Positions 1 through 12,509 of a DNA stretch of 64,000 nucleotides are shown here, in pieces. A program made the translations under genes and the position numbers. This stretch comes from Syncephalis fuscata S228 (lineage: Eukaryota > Fungi > Zoopagomycota): NCBI GenBank assembly GCA_025786725.1, contig JAHLTZ010000017.1:62001-126000 (forward strand), written 5' to 3'. The notes under the pieces are model-generated. The model saw only the letters and a list, made by a program, of their open reading frames with translations, searched no databases and was not told the DNA's origin. How positions within the stretch are numbered: position 1 is the first letter of the stretch; each line of letters starts with the position of its first letter.

Positions 1-589
1 ACTTTGCACCGCATAGTAGCTATGGTGCACAAACACGTAGCAGCCACTCGGCAGTTGACAACAGAGCATCATACTACAGTCGCCCTACCAATATACGAAT
101 TGACGAATTAGAAGCTTTTCGTCAACGCGTTGAAGCATTCTACTTGGCATCCGACTTGTTTGAGGTACAGGAAGGATCGGAAACAAATAAGCGCAACACC
201 CTGCAAGTACTTACCAATCTCAATCTTTAACAATATGTTTATCTGCATTATAGTATATAATAAACTACATTTATTTAAGTGCCAAACAAATAATACATTA
301 ACAGCGATCTTATATTATGTAGATCATAACAATTGTATGTATATTCTAATCAGCAATATTTAAAAATCTAGATTTTACGTATGTAGTCTCAATAAAAATG
401 ACACGTTAATCATTGGAACCTAATCGTTTAAGTAGATTTAGTTATTTAAATATATCACATTGTCTATTGTATTAATATTTTATATTTTTAGTTATATACA
501 CTTGCTAAAAACAGTCATGTTTAATTATTGTCAAAAACATAGTTGTGTTATTCAGGTATAAGCACATCAACAGATTTGTTTAGATTTTA

Positions 590-3500
590 TTATGTATTGG
601 AAAAGAGTCTTTTAGGCAGGGATGTTGGTAGCATTCGTCCAACATACATCATCCAGCAACTTGTGCTAATATGAAATACCATCCAGGCTGCTTGATACAA
701 ATATTTAGGAGAAAACACAGTCCAGATAAATAAATGATATCGTAGAACGGTTACAGCTATTGACAGACCGAGAAGACTGAATGAAAAAAACACCTTGTTC
801 ATCCATAGCCATAAGGTAATCGACTGTGACCATGCATCTATATCATTATTAGTATCCAATGATTGTTGCAATAATGGCGCTGTCAGGCTTTCGTCCGTAT
901 TTGTATTTTTATCAGTATTAGCAGTCGATGATGCAAGTAACGAGAATGATAAGTAGGAGCTCTTTTCATGGCCTAGCTCTATGACCGTGCCAAGTGCCAT
1001 CATGCCAGCTAGTGCCCACCAGATGGGACCGGTCCAATTGCAAATAAATGCAAGTAAGCCGACAATTGCTGGTATAAATGTTGTTATACCAACATAGGCA
1101 TTATTCAACTCGAAAGAAGCAAGTGAGTTGCTATTGCCGAGGGCAAAGAATGCAACTTGTTGCAATACAAGTATTGGTATACCCAATTGCACTGTATACA
1201 TAATGGTACTGAGCCCAGGATTACCTTGGCTATTCTTTTCAAACATGGTTTTCAAGCATCGTATATAATTAATCAAAGCATACAATTGTCCGCCAAAAAT
1301 GACAAATACAAATGAATTATGCATACGAGCAAGTAGAATTAGCAACAGTGTAGTAGCCATCAAATAAAGTTGTAATCGGTCACTGGTTCGAGTTTGCTGT
1401 TGAGATGCATTATTTGGCCAGAAACTAGCCATCATCAGCAGAGTAAATATACCGAAATAGGCAAGTCTAGCTAGAGTCAGTTTACCAATATGATCGATCA
1501 TCCAGTGGCCAATAATTGCCGGTATATCTAGATGCGATTCAGCTTCATAGGCCAGTTTATAAAATATCACCATACTACCGGTAATAGCTATGGTAATTGT
1601 AATGGCAATATTTCGTAGATTTCCTAAATAGTACTGCCGATGTCGTACCAGTGTAATGTATATACCCCATCCACACACTGCAATAACGCTTATAAACATT
1701 AGTAAGCGACGCAGATCCATGTGCGTGCTGTTTAAATAAAAACGAATATCCAATTGATCTGCATATTTTTGACCTAAATACAATGTAAATATAATTATCT
1801 ATTTTACTATTATCTAAACCAATTACCTGTCTGATTCCATACTCGTAGTAAACGCATCAATATCATTTGAAACAGTGGATAAATAACCAACTGTCTTTGA
1901 TTTATACGATCAGAAGATGGCCACCTATAAATAATTAACACTTTTCAATATGTATTTATTCTTGATTACTTACCATAATATTATTTGTATCAGCCAAATA
2001 GTTTGTACAATAAAATACCACATTTGGTGTTCCTCTTCAATATAACTACTGGCAAATAATCCAATACCATAGAGTATTGCAAGTACTACTGCACTCTTTG
2101 ACAGAATATGATTATGTCGCCATAAAAGTGATTGTGCTTTAAATTTACTTAAAGAAGCACTATTGGATTTAAAACTAGCATTTTGTTGTTGTTGTTGTTG
2201 TTGTACTACATGGTAGAATAAACGTATTGATACTAGTGTAGTAATAGCCATTAGTATCATTCCTGCCAACATGGATCCCAGTCCATAACTACTAAAATCT
2301 TGTGTAAGTCGCTGTGCTCCTTGTTCAGCAAACTAGTATTCCATCGGTAGTGTTGATTAATATTTGTTTTATTACCACCAATGCTATCCATACCTTTTGA
2401 TATAAATAAGCCACTTGTTCTATAATATCCGCTTGTTCGTTATTCGATATGTGTTGATGGTAATAAACAGCCTGTTCGTAATTACATATCAACTCTTCAT
2501 TTTCTCCTTCCATATCAGCGTCACAATTTACAGTTGCCAAGTCGTGACCCTCTAAACAACTTGTATCCCAATTGTTCCATAATGATATCATCATACTTCG
2601 TATTTGATTTGCATTTAGTTGTAATGCTCGAATCCATTGTTCGCCTACAATAATTGTTATACAAATTAAATTACTATCCTATTATCTATCTTACGTGGTA
2701 ATGCTTGAAACATTTCAGGAACCAAATTACCCAGACTATTACGTGGAGATGGTACACCAAATAGTAAGGAGATGGTTGGCACTACATCTATTTGATTAAT
2801 CGTTCGAGCTGGTATTGTTATATTTGACCATTGAACAGAGGGACTCATAAATATAAGAGCCTGGATAATCAATAAGCCATTATAAGTAATGATGCTATAA
2901 TTGATTTAATATATTTCTAACACTTACAGGTGATGTTTCTCCCGGTGAAGAACCACCATGACCACCAAGCTATATTGAATAATAATAATAATAATAATAC
3001 TTGTTATACTCATGGTCATAATAGTAATTATCATAAAAGTAATTACCTCATTCATACCATGATCACCACATAATATAATTAGTGTGGGTAGAGCATGAGA
3101 ATTGGCTTTAATTCGCTCTTCATCAACTTTTTTAGTTCTTTCGTATAGAATACGTACAACATCGTCCATTTCACGTTGTTTTGGCTTCATTAGTGGACTA
3201 TTGATATTTAGTTGGTTAATTGACCTATACTACAATTATACAAATAATCATTACCTTTTGGGTCCGGCTGAGTGTCCAATATGATCAAGACCTAAATAAT
3301 GCAAAATCATTACATCCCAGTCGCTTTTAGCTAGTTCTGGTTCAACATGTCGTGTTACATTCGTGTCAACTTCAACTGTATCCTAGATAACACCGATAGC
3401 AGTGATTATTTATATAGTTATACCAAATTATTTGAATTAACTTACAGCAACAAAGAATGAAGATGTGCCTTCATAACGTTTAAATAATGGGGCTGCAAAA

Positions 3501-4302
3501 TTCAACCACGTTTCATCGCCGTAAAATATAAAGTTCTTGTCGCGATGTTCACGTAGTTGTACCAGCCAATTGTCATCGTTAGTCGTGCCACTCTCACTAC
3601 TTTCAACTATATTAAGTATAGCATCCTGGAAATTGGGTATCATGCCTATTATTATTATTATTATTATTATTGTTGTTGTTGTTGTTGTTGTTGTTGAATA
3701 GTAATTAATAATTAGATAATATTATAAGGGTGTCTAATATTAGGATATTTACCAGTGCTAAGAGCTTTGATACGTGGTAGAGTAACGGTAGGTGCAGTAG
3801 CCCGACTGATAAATGGTACTGCGTGTTGATTATCAATAGCTCTAGAAGTTTGGTAGATTAGTCTATCTAGTGCTATTTATATTTGTTCAAGGCTATTACA
3901 TACTGTTTGGTGAATTTCATGTAAGAATCAGGGCCTAGCACAAAATCGCTATACAATTGTCAGCTTATATATTATGTAAAGGATTTCGTTGACATTAATT
4001 GCTGCTACTTACTAACGAAGTGCATCAACCACCATGAATATGAGACGGTCAAATTGCGGTGCAATCCCAAAACACGCGTCAAAAAGTGCATATTTACGCG
4101 ATGACTTAGTTTGCTTCGTTTTTAATACTTCACAGGCATTTGAAATTGGGTGGCCTGGCCATTCGGGCACGTCATCCACAGGTGTTGCTCGTGGTGGCAA
4201 GTAAGCTTTTTGTGGAAAGAATCCGTTTGTAAATAAAAGCAGCGCTGCTAGTTCAATAGCTAGCACGGCAAATAGCGCTTTCGACAGAGAATGCATTGTC
4301 AT
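590..4302 (-). CDS. GPI7: GPI ethanolamine-phosphate transferase 2 (Gpi7/PIG-G), multi-exon
   Basis: Exon translations contain FDRLIFMVVDALR, PTVTLPRIKAL, YGDETWL, LHYLGLDHIGH, GDHGMN and C-terminal RYHLFIWTVFSPKYLY, followed by many TM segments. Start is approximate (ATG 4302 or 4296). Confidence 0.9.
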
Positions 4303-4482
4303 GGCCAGTATATTATATAGCTGTTGAGTAATCGATATTACCAACTACTAGCCACGCTGTCTAAAATGCAAAAAAAATAGCTTTACACAACGGACGAAGA
4401 AAAGGGAATAAGGAGTAATTAATTTATGTTTGCTTATATTTGTCAAAGAAAACTGTATTTAAATATATTATTTTGTTTGTTG

Positions 4483-4856
4483 TTAAAATGACTTATTTAA
4501 TAACATCCAACCTATTAACATGATGATGGGTGGCAAGTGACATCAAATACTCATTATTGTAGATTTATTATCCAGTATACATATGTTCTCTATTCACGTA
4601 TATCATTATTATTATACGATATATCAGATGCATTTTATTTGTTATAGGATTTAAGTACATATAGTTTGATTAATGAAACAGGCAAAATAAATTGACATTT
4701 GTTAATAATAAAGCTAGAGCAATAATAAGGGCAGTTTTGAATAAAGATGATATATGCATACTGGATAATGAATCTACGATGAGTATTTAATGATTGATAT
4801 CACTCGCCACCCATCATTATGTTAATAGGTTGGATGTTATTAAATAAGTCATTTAA
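4483..4856. mobile_element. Short MITE-like element with ~110-bp imperfect terminal inverted repeats (core of the window's repeat family)
   Basis: AAATGACTTATTTAATAACATCCAACCTATTAACATGATGATGGGTGGC...TACTCATTATTGTAGATTTATTATCCAGTAT at ~4486-4580 recurs reverse-complemented at ~4755-4856. The same core occurs at ~21.0, 21.7, 45.6, 47.65, 58.2, 58.95 and 63.1 kb. Confidence 0.7.
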
Positions 4857-5059
4857 CGCCAAATCACAATAAGTGATTAAATGATCTATAAACAATGTTG
4901 ATAATACTGAATAAAGATAAGCAAGTTGCAATGACCAGTTAAATGTTTTTTAGATTAAATTTATTGAATAATTATTTGAAAACATTTAAGATTTGCCAAG
5001 TAATCACGCATGTGTGGTCTTGATTTTACCGTAACAATAGTAAATTTACGTTAAACAAC

Positions 5060-6742
5060 CTAGCTATTCGTTTTGTTTAGTAATGCAGATGGAGAAGAAA
5101 AGTCGTTGGTGGCAATTGGAGATGAGTCCTCGTTAATTGTACGTGCTGACAACTGACGCCGCTCATACCACCAAACAATACCTGCAGCCAAAAATACTAC
5201 AATATGTAAAACGCCCATAACTACAAACGGACCACCTTGCCACCAAATATCAAATAGTGTGCCACCCAGCTTGCTGGCAAGCATAATGCCTAAACCACCA
5301 ATAAAACTATATACACCGGCCACACTGCCACGAATATCTTCAGGGACATAGTATCCACCAGCCAATGCCAGACTAGTAACAATGGTGCCAATCTCACCAA
5401 GGCCTATCAAGCACATCCAGAAGTAGTTGATGCCGGCAGTTGGTGAGTGGCCCAGTCCAAATCCGAAACAACCAATAAAGCCTAATAGGCCGGCGACCAT
5501 AACAGATACACCGCGAGAGAATCGATCAGATAGAAAACCGAATAATGGTGCACCCAGTAATGCAAACACTTGAGCAACACCAGATAATGAGCTGGCCACC
5601 TTGAATGCTTCACGACAGCTAACTTTAATGTCTTCATTTTCTTGCGATGGTGCTCGTGGACATAGTTCATTATCAATGTAATATTGATTGACCCAGAGGG
5701 TAATAAATAACGATACAACAATCGAGTCACCACGAGCTACAAATCCAGTAATATACGCTAGTGCTACGCGTGGATCCTTGGCTGCAAGTATACCACGCCA
5801 GAACAGCATGTATAGCGGCGGTTTAGCAGCGGGAGATGCAGATTGAGTACCTTCTTCTGTAGTCGAGCCATATTGCGCCACAACTGCTGTCGTATCTTCT
5901 GAAGGAGAACGGCGAAATAATGAACGTATGTTTCTGGTAGCATCGCGATGCAAACCAAAATACATAATGACGGCCACCACAAGAGCAATGGCGCCGCAAA
6001 GATAATAAGTAGCGCGGATGCCGTGTGGTATTTTTGAGTTATCGCCATGGCTAAAGGCCGGTGGAAGACGAACCAGCACAAATACTGCAATGAGCGCACC
6101 AATACCCGAAGCAATACCGGTCATGGCGGCAATCTTACCGCGGTACTGGCCACCACTGTAGTCGGCCAATGTAGCGGTAAGCATCGAGGTGCCAGCTGCA
6201 ACGCCAATTGCAAACACTAGACGGACCAGCAACAGACCAGGATAGACGTCATGCGGCACGGTATAGAGGAAAAGTCCAATGGCCATAACTAGATAGCCGG
6301 CTACCCAGACAGGTCGACGTCCAATACGGTCGGACAAAGTGCCCCATAACGCTGATGCAAATATTGACATGATTTCGTCGTATAGCGTCAATGAGCCACT
6401 AATACTGCCCTTGCCTTCAACTATACCAAGTATATCGGATAGTACAAAGCTCTGTGCCGCATTAAGAAAGACGGCAAAACAGATGGTGAACAGAGCACCG
6501 ATTAACAGCGTAATTAAATTGAATTTAGTGATACCACGATTTACTTCAATAAATCGAAAAATAAGCTGCGATGAAGGCTCAGTTGAAGCTATTTGATTAG
6601 CATTTTTAGACGGTTCAATTGAATGATGCTGCGTATCAATGGGCTCATGGTGTTGTATATCGTCAGATTCGTGCTGCTTATCGCTAGATGAACTAGCTGA
6701 TGAGTTGTTCGGCATTGATGTAGCGTTATTAGTATCCGTCAT
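5060..6742 (-). CDS. Major facilitator superfamily transporter, single exon
   Basis: About 12 hydrophobic segments and MFS motif A in both halves (GTLSDRIGRR, GFLSDRFSRG). Likely start MTDTNN at 6742. Confidence 0.88.
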   Translation of the reverse strand: MTDTNNATSMPNNSSASSSSDKQHESDDIQHHEPIDTQHHSIEPSKNANQIASTEPSSQLIFRFIEVNRGITKFNLITLLIGALFTICFAVFLNAAQSFVLSDILGIVEGKGSISGSLTLYDEIMSIFASALWGTLSDRIGRRPVWVAGYLVMAIGLFLYTVPHDVYPGLLLVRLVFAIGVAAGTSMLTATLADYSGGQYRGKIAAMTGIASGIGALIAVFVLVRLPPAFSHGDNSKIPHGIRATYYLCGAIALVVAVIMYFGLHRDATRNIRSLFRRSPSEDTTAVVAQYGSTTEEGTQSASPAAKPPLYMLFWRGILAAKDPRVALAYITGFVARGDSIVVSLFITLWVNQYYIDNELCPRAPSQENEDIKVSCREAFKVASSLSGVAQVFALLGAPLFGFLSDRFSRGVSVMVAGLLGFIGCFGFGLGHSPTAGINYFWMCLIGLGEIGTIVTSLALAGGYYVPEDIRGSVAGVYSFIGGLGIMLASKLGGTLFDIWWQGGPFVVMGVLHIVVFLAAGIVWWYERRQLSARTINEDSSPIATNDFSSPSALLNKTNS

Positions 6743-8548
6743 AGCGGTAAAGATAAACAAAAATGGATTATTAAACACAGATGTTTAGATACTAAGCAAT
6801 TGATTGAATAAATAAACTGCAGGGTGTGCGTAACTCGTTGCTACACTAGGCGAGAAAGAAAGATTCAAACTTGAGAAAAACTGTGGTTTTACTTGCCAAT
6901 ACCAGAATAGGAAGAGAAGAGCATAGGCGAAAAAGATCAACGCACGAGATACTCAAGTAGCGCCTACAATAATCCTTCGTAAGCTAATAAAATAGTTGCT
7001 GCCGTAACGAATGGTGAGAAATAAAAGGAGAAGATCAGATAAGTATCAAAAGACAGGGAAAAGAATAAAAGCGGAACTCATTGATTGAATGGCGCCAATG
7101 TCAAGCGACATCTTTAAATAGTAAAATCATTTAAAAAATAGCGGTACAGTTTTTATACGTCGTGCGCGTGTTATCAGATCAGGGTAAGATCGGGTCATTT
7201 CGGCATAGAATGGCTCATTGTCCGACGCTATAGGCGACAAGTGCCATCCTATTGGCGATAAAAAAACGCATAAATAAAATATTTTAATCAGAATAGTAGT
7301 CATTTTATTTCTATTGTGATTGATAATTATCTGATGTTAGTGGCCAATAATAATAAAGCACTATTTTTACTGGCAGTTATCAGATGAAGCCACTATATGT
7401 CAAAATAGACCCTATTCAACACGACTATTTTGAACACTTGAATCCACATACCTTAAATATCCAAATTGTTTTCTGTTTAGACAAGAAGATAGAATCCGCG
7501 TTCTTAGTAAGGATTATGCTGATCTGAGACAAGCTAGCAAATTCAGCCGATCTACCATTTTCACTACAGATTGATTTGACGATATAGAAAAACTATTGTA
7601 AATAATTCATCTCTACAAATACAACAAATCTACAAACATTTAGTTTATTAAACAAAATAATGGTTATAACAAACACTTACTCAAGAAGAAAGCCACTTAT
7701 CAATTTTGATGGCAACAAGCTCTCCACGATGCTTTCGCCGTTTCAACGTTTGCCAGCACTTATTGACAGCAGCAAATCAATGACTCTTATACATTATTTT
7801 GCCTGCCAAACACAGTAAGCGGCATTGCTTTGTTGCTTGCAGTTTTATTGGATGTCATTCTTTTTTCTCTTTCGGTAAATAGCTATTTAATTGTATGCAA
7901 AAGTATTGAATAATTATGTATAAAACAATACATAATGACTAAACGATTCTAATAATATTTGTTTAAACAAACAAAATTCATTATTTAATATATCTTATAT
8001 TATACCAGAGATGACCTGCAAACTAAATCTTTTTTATTTTTCATTCGGCACTATGTCTTTGCTATCATAGAATAAAATGCTTTTTCGATACTTTATAGTC
8101 CCTGTCATACTGTACTCTCCTTTGGTCATAAGCTATCATACTGCTGCAAATACTGTGATGTTCAGGAGGAACATTGCAGCATTTATTTTACACTAAATAG
8201 TCGGATCGTGTAACAGAATATGGCTAATCTGCACATCTCTACCACGCATGTACGAAATCATCAGATGCATATTATCACATTATTGGTATATTGGTATACA
8301 CGCACTTCAATCCACCACGTGGATGTATTTTATTGGTTCCTACTTCACATCAATGCTATAGTTTATAGAATATACTCGTTGATCCCTCAAGACAACCATA
8401 GACTTAAATAGCCCACACAACACATACAATTAACTAATAGCATTATCGCCACTCTTTAGTTTTTGCTAAATACTCACTACTATTCACTCTTTGCGAATCG
8501 CACTCTATTGTCTATTCTATTTGTTTGTTTCAACAAATCAATATCACC

Positions 8549-11005
8549 ATGAAGCTTTATATTGCCGCCGTCAGCACTATCGCCGTGGCTTTTATAGCCA
8601 GTACAGCCATGGTAGATGCTAGACCAGCTCTAGTCCGTCGTGGTATGTTGCTATTAAATTAGTGTGCAAGCTGTTATATTTGCTGATATTATATTTAACC
8701 GACAGTGGAATTAGATGGTAGGCCGTGATTATGGGTTGTTGTTGTTGTTGCTATACTTACAATACATTCTTGCTAAATAATAAACATAATAAACAGGCAG
8801 TAAGTCTTGAGTACACATTGTAATATATACGCTGATTAGGAGTTATCTGCCGATTTAAATAGACAAAACACCACCACCACCACCTAAAAGTAAGTTTATT
8901 ACAGCCTAGTATATTATGCACTGTTTTTGTAATACTAATATGCTAAACTAATATTGATAGGACGTAAGTAGCGTTATATATTAACTGAGATTTACCAATT
9001 AATGCTATATATTGTGTATATTAACAATTCAATATTAATAGAATGTAAGTGGTATTGCGTGACAATTAACTGTTCACTAACTATATGTTTACTATGCGCG
9101 TCAACAACTTGATATTAATAGGCTGTATGTAATACTATGTATTAAGTGACTATGTGTTAATTACAAGCTATTCGTTTTGTGTATCAACGGCTTGATATTA
9201 ATAGGCGGCAAGTGGCATTTTGCATCGATTGACTGCGTATTAACTAAATGCCATATTATACATATATATATATATACGACTTAACACTAATAGCTCGTAA
9301 GTGGTATTGTACAATAACCAGTTATTCACTAATTAATTGCTATTATTGTATGTATCAATAACTTGATAGCTTGTAGGTGGATTGTATATTAATTAGCTAT
9401 ATGTTTATTAATTTTTTACTTCTTGCATCAACGGCTTAATATTAACAGGTCGTAAGTGATACTGCACACTACTTTTATACACAAAATGCATGTTGTTTAC
9501 TTTTTTGTATTAAAAATACTATCAACAGCTTGTAAGTAAATTTTTATTTTGCTTGATTATGCACTAATTACATGCTATTTAATGTTTATATCAACAATTT
9601 AATATTAACAGCTGGTAAGTGATATTTTATATTAAGCGATTAAACGACAATTACTTACCATATATTGTGTGTATCAACAACTTGATACTAATAGGCCGTA
9701 AGTAATATTTTACATTGCTTGACCATGCATTAATTATACGTCATTTATTATGCATATCAACATTTTAATATTAATAGAATGTAAGTGGTATTTTATATCG
9801 ATTGGGTTTATATTTAATTAAATACTATACATCGTATGTATCAATGGCTTGTTAGTTTGTAAGTAGTATTGTATGTCAACTATCTATATACTTATTAAGT
9901 CTTCTACTTTGTATGTTAACAAATCAACATTAATAGGTAGTAAGTAATATTGCATATTATTTGCTTATACATCAACTACATGTTGCTTAATTTATGTAAA
10001 AATACAATATTAATAGCTCGTAAGTGGCATTTTGGATTAACTAATTATGCACCAACCACATGTTATTCACTATGTGCATCGACAACTTAATATTGCTAGT
10101 CGGTAAGTGATACCATGTATTAATTGAATATACATCAACTAAATGCTACATATCGTACGTATCAACATCTTAATATTAATAGAATGTAAGTGGCATTGTA
10201 TAAAATTTAGCTACGCACTATCAAATGCCCATTGTTTGTAAATTAACAACTTAATTTTAATAGGTCGTAAGTGGCATTGTATATTGCCTGACTATGCATT
10301 AATTATATGGCTGTTGCATATATCAACAATTTATTACTAATAGGCTGTAAGTTGTATTGTATACTAATTGACCATATATTAAGTATATGATTGCTGTATG
10401 TATTAACAACTTCATATTAATAGTTGGTAAGTGAACTTGTATGCAAGTTGAATATAAGCTAATCACATGCTTATTGTGTTTCAACGACTTACTACCAATA
10501 GTGCGTAAGTGACATTGCATATTAATTGATTATACATTAATTACATGCCATGCACTATACGTATTACAATGTAATGTTACTAGCATGTAAGTGGCATTGT
10601 GCATCAATTGACTATGCACTAATTACATGCTTGTTATACATTATCAACTTAATACTAATAGGCAGTAAGTGATGATGTATATTAGTCGACTATGCATTAA
10701 TTACATACTGTGTATTGTATGTATTATTGGTTAATATTAATAGAAGGTAAAAGATATTGCGCATTAATCAACTATGCCTTAATTATATGCTAACTATATG
10801 TACCGCCGTCTTATACCAATAGATGGTAAGTGCCACTGTATACTAATCGACTATACACTAAGCACATCCTATATGCTGCGTATATCAATAAATTGTATTT
10901 ATAGACCGTAAGTAATACTTTATATCAATTGGCTATGCGCTAATTCTATGCCATATGCTTTATGTATTTAAAGCTACAATTTAACCAGTACTTCCGGGCC
11001 ATTAG
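8549..11005 (+). CDS. Micro-exon gene (30 exons, 26 of them 3 nt) encoding a 75-aa secreted cysteine-rich peptide precursor
   Basis: Exons 8549-8642, 8706-8717, 8797-8799, 8863-8889; then 3-nt exons starting at 8961, 9042, 9122, 9205, 9294, 9370, 9449, 9529, 9612, 9695, 9778, 9856, 9937, 10017, 10100, 10183, 10264, 10344, 10424, 10502, 10584, 10662, 10744, 10823, 10905; last exon 10989-11005. Each micro-exon sits in YAG|NNN|GTAAGT-type context (one GC donor). Spliced: MKLYIAAVSTIAVAFIASTAMVDARPALVRRVELDGNKTPPPPPKRQCCAPCPSGQFCTLECRFVPCKDDLLPGH*. Confidence 0.82.
8961..10988 (+). repeat. Degenerate tandem array of ~81-bp units (3-nt exon + 73-86-nt intron)
   Basis: 25 units share the rough consensus GTAAGTGGCATTGTATAT..ATTGACTATGCA.TAATTACATGC.....GTATGTATCAACAACTTAATATTAATAG. 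Confidence 0.9.
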
Positions 11006-12509
11006 CATTGGTAGTACATTTGGACTACTAGTCCAATACACTTTAGGTATGCGCTCGGCAAAAGGCAAGATCATTTAGCAGCCGCCGTCTAGTTTATTCA
11101 TACATCAATTCCTGCCAATGCTCCGGTTTATTTGAGCTTCAATCGGTCGAATCATTATATTACTAACAAGCCTAAGTTTAATTGAATCTATTCAACTATC
11201 CAAGCTTGTAGTAATAAACATATGTTCTATCTTAATGAGCACGGTATTTTTATAATAATTATAATTAGTGCAACAATAGTTTACATCATTTTTAGATTAA
11301 AAATATATACTTTTGTAGAAAAAATTTAATAGAAACCCGCTCGATTGCCGTATGGCATTTTGCAATTAATTTTCTTTAACTGTTCGTTTTCACATATGTT
11401 TATATAAAATCAATGGATGAGTTACCTATCATGTATTATATTTGTACAAAAGTGGTAAATTACACATTTACTATTATTATTATTATTTATAGTTCAAATC
11501 AAATCATGTATTTATTACTACGAGCCTGCATGATTAAATAAATACATTTAACTACAGACGTGCTTGGCAATATAGTAACACTATTAGTTAAAGATTGAAT
11601 AAATCATGGGTTGACTAGAACTTGATATATGGGTAAAGTAGACAATAGTTGTCAAATACTCTTGATTTTTGTCAGATGCGTATCTAAAATATGTAATACT
11701 AGCAATTTAATTATATCATCAATGCCAATGTCTTGAAAGCATCAGTTATTTTTATGACCAGTTTTTTATGGTGACGCTGAATAGCACATTTATGATGACT
11801 AACAACAAGCTGATGGACAAGAGCTTGTAGTGATTATCTTTTAACCAATAATGCAGTATCACGACGGATTAAAACTGGCTCAGCATCTATTATGACTATG
11901 TTGGCCACAAAGGTCACAGTGAGGGTACAGGCGACGGCAATATAAGGTTTTCATTATGGCATATAGTATTTGAGTGGTTTTAACATTAATAGTTATAACA
12001 TCTATTAATTAATAATCACAACTGTAGCCTCAATAATCAACTGCACTTATTAAAAAGTATTTGAAAGAGGATTGCTTAACAACAATGCGGAAGGAAAGCT
12101 TAGTAAAAATAGGTGCGAATGACAATAGCCAGAGAAATATGCTTTATTGCTATTTGTTATGGGGAATCGTAGACATTTGTAAATGTTGGAATGGCAATTT
12201 GCTGCTACACTCAGATAGGTCCGCCTTTTACATATCTACATTCGTAGCTTTACCAATACTAATAATATCAACTATAGCTTTTCACCGTCATTTATAGTGT
12301 AAAGTAGTATTACTCTGGTGTTACTATACGTACCTCACCTGTGTGTCAGCTGTTCTTATTGAAAAAAACGCTGTAGAACCTTTGTTTCATCTTGACCATT
12401 TTAAAGAAGTAAAAGCCGTCATTCTATTCGCTGTTACTACCGTTGCTGCTATTGCTGTTACTATTGCTATCGCATCTGTTGGCTGTTTCTTCAATTAATA
12501 CTTGGTGTG

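Noticed and set aside
7420-7860. Minus-strand fragment FAAVNKCW...GELVAIKID followed by a GTAAGT donor, resembling protein kinase subdomains I-II
   Set aside because: Interrupted by stops and no downstream kinase motifs (HRD, DFG) visible; at most a decayed remnant that I cannot support.
10971-10985. Alternative last-exon acceptor AAG at 10971-10973 for the micro-exon gene (would end ...DDPTI*)
   Set aside because: The CAG at 10986-10988 is a better acceptor and gives an 81-nt intron matching the array period; not excluded as a minor isoform.
8961-10988. CRISPR-like or satellite interpretation of the ~81-bp periodic array
   Set aside because: Eukaryotic context and no cas genes. The invariant parts are splice acceptor and donor sites around exactly 3 nt, and the inserts translate coherently.
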